A DNA stretch of 55,862 nt, taken from a virus (Duplodnaviria > Caudoviricetes). Positions within the stretch are counted from its first letter, which is position 1. Each line of letters starts with the position of its first letter. The position numbers and the translations under genes were made by a program. Positions 37,108 through 44,980 of this stretch are shown here, piece after piece. The notes under the pieces are model-generated. The model did no database searches, was not told where the DNA came from, and was given only the letters and a program-made list of their open reading frames with translations. The stretch spans positions 1 to 55,862 of IMG/VR virus record IMGVR_UViG_3300025862_000001; one strand, written 5' to 3'.

Positions 37108-37323
37108 ATGCCCCACACTAACACAGAGTTCGGCGACGCGATCGGGGTGAGTTCGAGCATGGCGAGCCGCATCCGCAACGGACACAGGCTCCCCGGCGTA
37201 GAAACCCTCACGCTGCTTTCCAAATACCTAAACGCGGATCTAGCACACTTACACGCCGCCTACTCTCAAGGCTCGCGTGTGTTCGGTAAAGAGGTGCGCC
37301 GCTTACTTGAGGAGATACGATGA
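37108..37323 (+). CDS. XRE-family HTH regulator
   Basis: EFGDAIGVSSSMASRIRNGHRLP. Confidence 0.85.
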   Translation: MPHTNTEFGDAIGVSSSMASRIRNGHRLPGVETLTLLSKYLNADLAHLHAAYSQGSRVFGKEVRRLLEEIR

Positions 37324-38426
37324 TCGGACCAGAGCGCAAGAAGCACCGCATGTCCGTCACGATTGATGTTAGCCCTGGGAATTGGAAGGACACCTATGGC
37401 GAATATCCTACGTCTGACGGCGTTCGATCGTATGTGCGTCAAGTGCTCTCTAAGAGCGCCGCAGCCGAGGAAGATGCCTTTGTAAATGTCTTTGTAAAGC
37501 CACTTGACCCCTCCCACGGGCTCGCCAAAGGGCTGCGTACACAACTCGCCGAGGCTCGTGCTGCTCTCGCTGCCCGTGAGGAGCCGCGACGAGGGCCCGT
37601 TAGCGAGAGCTGCGCTCCGACCTGCTACCGGGACACGGACAACAGCATCGCCCATTCGCCCGAGTGCCCTGCCGTGCATCTGCACCCGGCTGAACCAAGT
37701 CCTCAAGACGTGCTGTGGCGAACCGTAGTCGAACGGGACGAACTTCGAGAGGCTCTTGCCGCTGCCCGTGAGGACACCGAGCGACCGGGCAGCAGCGTGG
37801 AGGTCGACCTGCACAACGCGCTCTTGGAGATCAACATGGATTGGTCGGATTGGGGTGAGGCTGAGGCGCTGGCGCGAGTGTTGCAGATAGCGGACGACGC
37901 GCTCAAGGGCCGACCGCAATACTCCCTCGCTCGTGAGGACACCGAGCGACCGGAGGAGCCGCTCACCGACGACTTGAAGCGCCTCGCTGACATCGGCGAT
38001 CAGGTGCTTGCTGGCGCGCCGATCGAGGACCTCAAGCTCGGTGAGTTCGAGACCCTTTTCGTGGTGGGTTACTGCACGGCGGAAAAGGCGAAGACGCACG
38101 AGTACGACCTGCCAGACCATCCCGCGCTCGCTGCCCGTGAGGCACCGGCGAGCGAGGCCGAAGCCGAGTCAGTGGCATCCGTGATTCGCAACGTCTGGCT
38201 CACCGACGCCGGCGAAGCCCCGAAGCAGGAGCCCGACCGCCTGCTCGACTTCCTCGCGGGCCAACCGAGCGGCAACTGCATCGCGTCGTCAAGCGCGGTC
38301 GTTCGGGAGATGATGCTCCAGACCGGCGGCTGGATGATGGCCTGCGGCGAGATGTACGACATTCAATCACAGCCGCTTCCAGGCGGGGTGTACCGCATAA
38401 CACTAAGCAGAAAGGCGTTCTCGTGA
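37320..38426 (+). CDS. Mosaic hypothetical protein with repeated LAARE(DTERP) junctions
   Basis: 368-aa ORF; four junction repeats. Confidence 0.65.
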   Translation: MIGPERKKHRMSVTIDVSPGNWKDTYGEYPTSDGVRSYVRQVLSKSAAAEEDAFVNVFVKPLDPSHGLAKGLRTQLAEARAALAAREEPRRGPVSESCAPTCYRDTDNSIAHSPECPAVHLHPAEPSPQDVLWRTVVERDELREALAAAREDTERPGSSVEVDLHNALLEINMDWSDWGEAEALARVLQIADDALKGRPQYSLAREDTERPEEPLTDDLKRLADIGDQVLAGAPIEDLKLGEFETLFVVGYCTAEKAKTHEYDLPDHPALAAREAPASEAEAESVASVIRNVWLTDAGEAPKQEPDRLLDFLAGQPSGNCIASSSAVVREMMLQTGGWMMACGEMYDIQSQPLPGGVYRITLSRKAFS

Positions 38427-38773
38427 GTGAGATTCAGACAGTCCACGTTGTGTTCGATGGCCCTCCCGGTCCGGAAGCTGGCCGCTTCATTGAGGTGGAG
38501 ACCCTCGACGGTGTAGGGATCACTGTCGGGACGTGGGTGCACCGTGACGATGGTTATTGGGTGCTTGAGCTCGACGTGATCCCAAGGGTGCGGACACCAA
38601 GCAGGAGCCAAGCCATGAGCGATCGAGAGCGCGAGCCGCTGGAAGAGTGCGATATCTGTAGGGGGGAGTCGGATGAACTCTTAGAAGGTGAATGCCCCGA
38701 CTGCGTCTATGAACGGGAGGCCGAGGAAGCGCGAGGCGCTGGTGCGGGCAATGGCGACCTGTCAGGAGCCTAA
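38423..38773 (+). CDS. Hypothetical protein
   Basis: VFDGPPGPEAGRFIEVE motif; C-terminal CxxC pairs. Confidence 0.65.
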   Translation: MSEIQTVHVVFDGPPGPEAGRFIEVETLDGVGITVGTWVHRDDGYWVLELDVIPRVRTPSRSQAMSDREREPLEECDICRGESDELLEGECPDCVYEREAEEARGAGAGNGDLSGA

Positions 38774-40112
38774 TGGCGGAACTTATGAAGCACCAAGCTG
38801 AGGGGGTGAAGTTCCTCCAGGCTCATCAACGTGCAGCGATTTTTGATGAGCCTGGTTAGTTGGTCTGGGTAAGTCCGCTCAGGCTCTTTTTGCCGCTGAG
38901 GAGCCGATTCTTATCGTGGCTCCCAGTATGCTAATCGACGGCGGCGTATGGGACGATGAGATCAGCAAGTGGCGCCCAACCCTTGACGCGGTACAGGTTC
39001 CCTACTCGCGCCTGATGGTCCGCAACGGGCGACAGATCACCTCGCAGCTCCAACCCGAGCTCTCACAACAGTGGGGAACTGCCATCTTTGACGAGGCACA
39101 TTACCTCAAGGGCAGGAGTACGAAATGGGCGCTCGCCGCGAAACAGATCCGCGCCGAGCGAACCTTTCTCCTTACTGGCACACCGCTGCCAAACTGGGCG
39201 CATGAGGCGTTCACTCTTTTACAGATGATGTTCCCTGAAGAAGCAAAACCAGGACAGCGTCTAGGAAGCTACTGGCGCTGGGCCGAAGAGTATTTCGATA
39301 TCGGGGAGCTGCGCGGCAAAGGCGGCATTGTACTTAGCTCGCACGTCGTAGGAGAGCTGCGTAAAGATCGGACGTGGGAGGAGTTCATAGCCGAGAACTG
39401 GAAGGATCGAATGCTCCTACGCCTGCGCGATGATTGCCTCGACTTGCCGCCGCTGACTGAACAGACGATCCGGGTCGATATGATACCGGCACAGAAGAAA
39501 GCATACCGTGAGCTGAAGAAGGACTTTGTGACATGGCTTGTGTCTGGAGAGGAGGTCGCCGCCTGGTCAACGGCGGCGCAGTTGGTCAAGCTAGCGATGT
39601 GTGCGACTGGCCTCGAAGTTATTGATCCGAACACGAAAGGGTCAGGCAAGCTCGACGCGCTCCAAACGCTGCTCACGGACCGCCCGGCGCCGACCCTGGT
39701 TGTGGCGCACTTCCGAAAGAGCGTCGAGGCGTGCGTGGCTCGCGCGGCAGCTGCGGGCAAGACGGTAGCCATCGTGCATGGGGGAACTAGCAAGAAGATG
39801 AGAGGGGAGAATGTAAGAGCGTTCCAGGCCGGGAAGGTGGAGGTGCTCTGCGCCACCTTAGGGACCATCAGCGAAGGCCTGACCTTGAACGCCGCAGATC
39901 AAGTCATCTTTGTAGAGCGTTCGTGGAGACCATCGCAGAATGAGCAAGCTCTCCGCCGAATCCACCGGATAGGGCAGACGCGCCCTGTCACGTCAATCAA
40001 CCTAGTCACGTGCGATTCTGTAGACGAACGCGTGCTTGCTGTGCTCGCAGGCAAGACAGACCAACAGATGAAGGCTCTCGGGCTTGCGGAGCTACGCGAA
40101 CTGGCCGACTAA
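38773..40112 (+). CDS. SNF2-family helicase, interrupted by an 8-nt insertion in Walker A
   Basis: HQ.EGV.FL...DEPG|LGKS, DEAH, LTGTP, EGLTL, QA..RIHRIGQ. Confidence 0.9.
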
Positions 40113-40130
40113 AACATTCGTCCAAAGCCC

Positions 40131-40159
40131 TTGACAAGCAGGCATGGATAGCCGATACT
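40131..40159 (+). promoter_or_regulatory. Early-type promoter (leaderless)
   Basis: TTGACA-AGCAGGCATG..N17-GATACT, ATG 6 nt downstream. Confidence 0.8.
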
Positions 40160-40165
40160 GTTCAT

Positions 40166-40471
40166 ATGGAGCACACAACCAAAGGAACCGAGGACATCAT
40201 GGACGCCACAAAGATCATCGAGCAGGCAGACCAGCAGCTTGCCGCCTTCCGTAATCGCCGGGCGCTGGATTCCCTCGGGAAGCGTGAAGCCCAGCCAAAA
40301 CTCGACGCTATCGCCGCACTCGACCGCGAGATCGCAGAGGAACAAGCGCGCGTCCACCTAACATTCCGCACGCTCGATATGCTTGAGCGCCTGGATCACA
40401 AGACAGAAGACTTCCCTGACGACGCGATCGAGCCGCATGTAGACGACGAAGGATACGAGGTGACGCGATGA
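40166..40471 (+). CDS. Hypothetical early protein
   Basis: Directly follows promoter. Confidence 0.6.
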   Translation: MEHTTKGTEDIMDATKIIEQADQQLAAFRNRRALDSLGKREAQPKLDAIAALDREIAEEQARVHLTFRTLDMLERLDHKTEDFPDDAIEPHVDDEGYEVTR

Positions 40472-40948
40472 CCGCGCACACCCACAACGCGAACGCGACA
40501 CCCCAGCAGATCGCTGGGCAGATATCGGGCGTCAACCGGACACACCGAGCCGCCGAACGTCGCATGGCGGCAGAGCGTCAAACCCACTACGACAAGCCCG
40601 GCGTCCCCGGACACCCTCGCTGCTGCATCTGCGACGATTGCGAGGCGCGGCGATGACCTACAACACCAACAAACCAGAGCGCCGCAAAGGAGAGAGGCGC
40701 GCGGAAGCCGCACGCTACGCCGGAGGCAACCGTAAGCTCCAGACCGATCGCCGATTCAGCGACACAGTCCTTTTCGGCGGTGTCCCGTACAGCGTGAACG
40801 AGAGTGCTACGTACGTACGCCGCAGTGAGAACCCTGAGCTTGTTCCCCCGTGGCAAGTGCGCCGCAATCGGCCCGATGAGACCTTCGAGGTGCTCAGTGA
40901 ACACACGACCGAAGAGGGCGCGGTTGCTGCGCTGACGAGGAGAACGAG

Positions 40949-41542
40949 ATGATGGCACGCCGACTAGACCCATTCGAGCCCGGACTTGAGCTGGAGGAAC
41001 GCCAAGACCGCATGGGCGGATACGTACTGAAGCTGCGCCGGCAGGTAGGCTCCGTCTTCTGGGGCGAAGACATAACCGTCACCTCACTTCGCTCCTACGA
41101 CGAGGAATCTGGTATTCTCAAGCTGTTCGCACTGACCGGGCGAAGCCACAAGAAGCTAGACCCAAGTAGAGAGTGCGGGCAATCACGTACCATTCACATC
41201 AACGAAATCTTGAAATCAAAACAAGGAGGCCGCATGAGCACTGCAACGAAAGCACCTAAGAAGACCACTGCACCGAAGGCTAAGAAGGCAGCCACACCGA
41301 AAGCACCTAAGAGGGCTGATGAAGGCCAAGGCACCAAGACAGATGAGACGCTGGCTACCACCGCCAAGTCTGAGGTTGTGAAGGCTGAGCGTTTTGCTAA
41401 GCGGATCGAGGCGCTTGCGATGCGTGAGGCAGGTAAGAAGTTCCAGGAGATCGCCGACCGCTTCGGTTGGGCGAACTCCGGTGTCGCTAACAACGCCGTC
41501 CGCCGCGCGAAGGCAGCTCGGGACGGTGTAGAGGCGAAGTAG
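40949..41542 (+). CDS. Protein with histone-like PAKK region and C-terminal HTH (likely internal start at 41234)
   Basis: ALAMREAG..FQEIADRFG; AAGGAGG before ATG 41234. Confidence 0.7.
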   Translation: MMARRLDPFEPGLELEERQDRMGGYVLKLRRQVGSVFWGEDITVTSLRSYDEESGILKLFALTGRSHKKLDPSRECGQSRTIHINEILKSKQGGRMSTATKAPKKTTAPKAKKAATPKAPKRADEGQGTKTDETLATTAKSEVVKAERFAKRIEALAMREAGKKFQEIADRFGWANSGVANNAVRRAKAARDGVEAK

Positions 41543-41549
41543 CTTCACT

Positions 41550-41593
41550 GGCCGCGTGTGCGCGAGCAGCGGGATCGAATCCTGCCGCGGCCA
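41550..41593 (+). ncRNA. Minimal tRNA-like element
   Basis: 7-bp acceptor-like stem, GNRA hairpin, 5-bp T-arm with ATCGAAT loop. Confidence 0.6.
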
Positions 41594-42007
41594 ATACAAA
41601 AAAACAACCAAACGAAAGGAACGGTGCTGTGATGAATTACGGTAAGCTCCTGATCGACGGGAGCACGTTCGGCCGCGCACATGCACGGCTCGATATGAAA
41701 CTCGCAGGGATCGAAGGCGTCGAGCCGGTCGCGCCTCACCTCAAGCTCGTATCGAACGCCGGCTACGCAGACACTCACCCTGAGGACTGGTACGATCGCG
41801 AGAAAGCAGCGCTGCGCGACGCCGGACGAGAGCTAACGTAACCGTCAAGGGCCGTGTATACTCTAAGCGTGCTCTAGAGGGCAACCGGCAACTTGCCGAG
41901 CATCCTACTGAGCGACCCGTGCGGTGCTGGCGTACAAGACAGCTTGGCGTCAGCAGCCCACGGAACACACCTAAAAATAAAAAGAACAATTGAATAAGGA
42001 GGACCGG

Positions 42008-42847
42008 ATGGCAACCGCTAAACCGAACTCTCGCACCCTACAGGAGAGCGAAAACGAACCGCTGCACGTCATGTACTACGGCGACGGCGGGACCGGCAAG
42101 TCTTCACACCTATGCTCGCTTGCGAACAACGGGCGTGTGCTGGTCGTGAATGCTGAGAAGGGAATCAAACGACGCGCACTACAGCGCATCGGCATAGCCG
42201 TCGAGAACATCGAGGTCTTCCCGGTAGGTGACGAGGAGATCACGTACGAGTCGCTAGAGCGCGAGTGGCTTCGCATACGTGAAGCCCTTCATGCAGACCC
42301 GACAGCGTACGTCGGATATCTGTGGGACTCAATGACGCAGATATACAACGTGCTTCTGGAACACGCTAAGGTCGCCGGAGAAGAGTGGGAAGCCCGTACC
42401 GGCAAGAAGCGAGATCCGCGTAACGACTTCGGTGACGCAAACGACCAGCTACGGAAGCTGACGCGGAAAGCAATGGACCTCCCTTGCCACTTCGGCGCCA
42501 GTGCGCTGGAGCGTCGCGACCAGGACGATGACGGCACCGTTACATACCGTCCGTCGATTCCACCGGGGTTGATGAAGGACACCTATGGATGGTTCGATCT
42601 GGTCGCACACACAACCCTAGAGGTGGTAGGCGAGCACGAACAATACCGCGGGCTATTCAAACCCCTCGGCAAGTACCGTGGTAAAGATCGTGAAGGGGTA
42701 ATGCCGCGAACGGTAGTCAACCCGTCGTTTGATCGAGTCATCGCCTACGCGGAGGAGTCGCTAACAGCAAAGACCGACCCAGTTATGATAACTGCACAAG
42801 AGCAAATCAGCGCACAAAAGAAAACCACAACGCAAGAGGAGAAGTAA
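42008..42847 (+). CDS. AAA ATPase (Sak4/AAA_24-like recombination protein)
   Basis: YGDGGTGKS, NAEKG, WDSMT, GKDR. Confidence 0.88.
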   Translation: MATAKPNSRTLQESENEPLHVMYYGDGGTGKSSHLCSLANNGRVLVVNAEKGIKRRALQRIGIAVENIEVFPVGDEEITYESLEREWLRIREALHADPTAYVGYLWDSMTQIYNVLLEHAKVAGEEWEARTGKKRDPRNDFGDANDQLRKLTRKAMDLPCHFGASALERRDQDDDGTVTYRPSIPPGLMKDTYGWFDLVAHTTLEVVGEHEQYRGLFKPLGKYRGKDREGVMPRTVVNPSFDRVIAYAEESLTAKTDPVMITAQEQISAQKKTTTQEEK

Positions 42848-43222
42848 GTGACACGAGAGGAGCTAGCATGGCTAGCGGGACTCTTAGAGGGTGAGGGCAG
42901 TTTCTTTCTTGTGAAAAAGAAGTCTGGTCGCTCCTACCCGAGAGTCTCACTAAACATGACGGACGAGGATGTCATCGAACGAGCCGCGAACTTGTTAGGC
43001 CGTGGGTACTATCCTTTTCCAAGGAAGCCTCCTCGCAAGGAACAGTTTGCACTCCAAATCGAAGGGCGCGGTGCGGTAGTTCTCATGGAGGAGATACTTC
43101 TTTTTATGGGTTTGCGCCGATCAGCTCAACTCAACGAACTCATCAAATACCATTACGAAAACGCAGCTTACAAACAAAGGAAAGGTGAGCACAATTCCCA
43201 AGCTAAACAAAAAACAAGCTAA
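42848..43222 (+). CDS. LAGLIDADG homing endonuclease
   Basis: LAWLAGLLEGEGSF, MTDEDVI. Confidence 0.9.
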   Translation: MTREELAWLAGLLEGEGSFFLVKKKSGRSYPRVSLNMTDEDVIERAANLLGRGYYPFPRKPPRKEQFALQIEGRGAVVLMEEILLFMGLRRSAQLNELIKYHYENAAYKQRKGEHNSQAKQKTS

Positions 43223-43655
43223 AGATGTCGGCGACGCTAGCGGGAGCTTTGATCCCCTAGAGGATGGTGTTTATCATGCAAGACTTAGAAGTGTCGAGGT
43301 AAGTGATAACGCTGGGCCTTCTGGCAGTTTCTATTGGAAGTGGGAGTTCGAGGTCGTAGAGGAGCCATACGTAAACCGGCGCCTGTGGACGAACACATCA
43401 CTCGCTGAGGCAGCGGCCTTCAAGCTCAAGGAGATGTTCGACGCGTTCGGTGTAGACAACGACACCGACACGGACGAGCTGTGCGGTCAGGTAGTGCGTC
43501 TGGTAGTGTCCACGCGCACGATCCAGGAGGGCTCACGTAAGGGCGAGGCATCCAATCAGATCGACCGCGTGTCGCCGGCCGACGAGTCCTTCGAGGCACC
43601 CGAGGCCGAGGCAACAGGTGCCGTCAAAGGAGCGGACGGAGAGGATTTATTCTAA
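43185..43655 (+). CDS. DUF669-like single-stranded DNA-binding protein
   Basis: FDPL.DG.Y, WEFEV, acidic tail ending DLF. Confidence 0.85.
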   Translation: MSTIPKLNKKQAKDVGDASGSFDPLEDGVYHARLRSVEVSDNAGPSGSFYWKWEFEVVEEPYVNRRLWTNTSLAEAAAFKLKEMFDAFGVDNDTDTDELCGQVVRLVVSTRTIQEGSRKGEASNQIDRVSPADESFEAPEAEATGAVKGADGEDLF

Positions 43656-43771
43656 GATAGAGGTACATGGGCAGCCGCAGCGTCGAGTCCTCTCCCCGGT
43701 CCCCTCGACGCCCGCCGAGCGTGTTTATAAACGACCCGTAGCCGGGCGCCCACTCTTACTAGAACCTAACG

Positions 43772-44980
43772 ATGGCAAAACCTCTCACAGTCGGCTCGCT
43801 CTTTGCGGGGATAGGAGGCTTCGACCTAGGACTTGAGCGGGCCGGTATGAAAACCGCATGGTTCTGTGAGCAAAACACATACTGCCAAAAGGTACTAGCG
43901 AAGCATTGGCCTAAAGTACCCTGTTACGATGATGTCTGTGAGATCGGAGCGCACAATGTCAAACCTGTTGATATTCTCGCCGGAGGATTCCCCTGCCAAG
44001 ATATCTCAACGGCTGGTAAGGGGGCGGGGCTCGCAGGTGCGCGGTCGAGTCTTTGGCGAGAGTTTGCCCGACTCATTGGCGAGCTTCGACCTTCCTACGT
44101 CATCGTGGAGAATGTTCCAGCTCTCCGCAGACGGGGCTTGCATCAGGTCCTCCATGACCTCGATGCGTGCGGGTATGATGCGGAGTGGGACGGTATATCC
44201 GCTTCGGCCGTTGGCGCCCCTCACCGCCGCGACAGAATCTGGATTGTTGCCTACCACAACAGCGACGATGGGCGATCGTGGGGGGCGAGGGGATTTGCTC
44301 CAGGCAGTGAGAGGCAATCTGAGCCCGAGCGGGCACTTCACGTTCCCGTCCCCAACGCAGGCGGACGGAACTGGAGGGCCGGGACGGTCAGCAGCGACGA
44401 GGGGTGGTGGGCCTCTGAACCCGACGTGGGTCGAGGGCTTGATGGGTTTTCTCGCTGGCTGGACGGACGTGACCTAAATGCCGATGCCCTACACGGACTG
44501 CGGGCCGAAGATTTGCGAGTTCTGCAAAGGCGAGTACAGGCGTCGCCGGCAACAGTCTACGCGGACATTTCAGCGGAGCAAGTTCTGCTCGCTTACCTGC
44601 GCCAACTCACGTCGAGATGTGACGGAGGGGACGTTGCGCTGGCGTGCCCGGAAGCTGCGGGGTCCGAAATGCGAGGCATGCGGGACGACACGCAAGCTCC
44701 AGGCTCACCATGTCGATCAGGACATAGCGAACAACCATCCGACCAACATCCAGACGCTCTGCAAGGAGTGCCACGACTTCTGGCACGCGACGCAGAGGCG
44801 ACTTGGCTGGCTTATCGCAGGTCGGATGCCTGCCCTCAACTGGGATGGGAGGACGGCATCGCCAGAGTCGCCGATGGAGTCCCCCACCGGGTACACAGAC
44901 TTAGGGCTCTCGGCAACAGTCTCGTCCCACAGATCGCCCAGTGGGTCGGTGAGCAGATCGTAGCGTTCGATAATGGCTAA
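43772..44980 (+). CDS. C5 cytosine DNA methyltransferase (alpha chain)
   Basis: SLFAGIGG, GGFPCQD, VENV, HRRDR, LGNSLVP. Confidence 0.95.
   Translation: MAKPLTVGSLFAGIGGFDLGLERAGMKTAWFCEQNTYCQKVLAKHWPKVPCYDDVCEIGAHNVKPVDILAGGFPCQDISTAGKGAGLAGARSSLWREFARLIGELRPSYVIVENVPALRRRGLHQVLHDLDACGYDAEWDGISASAVGAPHRRDRIWIVAYHNSDDGRSWGARGFAPGSERQSEPERALHVPVPNAGGRNWRAGTVSSDEGWWASEPDVGRGLDGFSRWLDGRDLNADALHGLRAEDLRVLQRRVQASPATVYADISAEQVLLAYLRQLTSRCDGGDVALACPEAAGSEMRGMRDDTQAPGSPCRSGHSEQPSDQHPDALQGVPRLLARDAEATWLAYRRSDACPQLGWEDGIARVADGVPHRVHRLRALGNSLVPQIAQWVGEQIVAFDNG
43956..44477 (+). CDS. Nested alternative-frame C5-MTase beta chain
   Basis: GMMRSG, LLPT, LNPTWVEGLMGF..GWT (motif IX-like); GGAG RBS. Confidence 0.75.
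   Translation: MSNLLIFSPEDSPAKISQRLVRGRGSQVRGRVFGESLPDSLASFDLPTSSWRMFQLSADGACIRSSMTSMRAGMMRSGTVYPLRPLAPLTAATESGLLPTTTATMGDRGGRGDLLQAVRGNLSPSGHFTFPSPTQADGTGGPGRSAATRGGGPLNPTWVEGLMGFLAGWTDVT
44478..44963 (+). CDS. HNH endonuclease overprinted within the MTase gene
   Basis: CEFC, KFCSLTC, CEACG, AHHVD...NN...N..TLCKECH. Confidence 0.85.
   Translation: MPMPYTDCGPKICEFCKGEYRRRRQQSTRTFQRSKFCSLTCANSRRDVTEGTLRWRARKLRGPKCEACGTTRKLQAHHVDQDIANNHPTNIQTLCKECHDFWHATQRRLGWLIAGRMPALNWDGRTASPESPMESPTGYTDLGLSATVSSHRSPSGSVSRS

Noticed and set aside
37072-37323. Lysogeny module
   Set aside because: Only a lone XRE gene; no integrase, ParA or divergent repressor pair recognised
38854-38864. Genome-wide TAG reassignment explaining the helicase stop
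   Set aside because: Readthrough stays in the wrong frame, many genes end in TAG, and no suppressor tRNA is present
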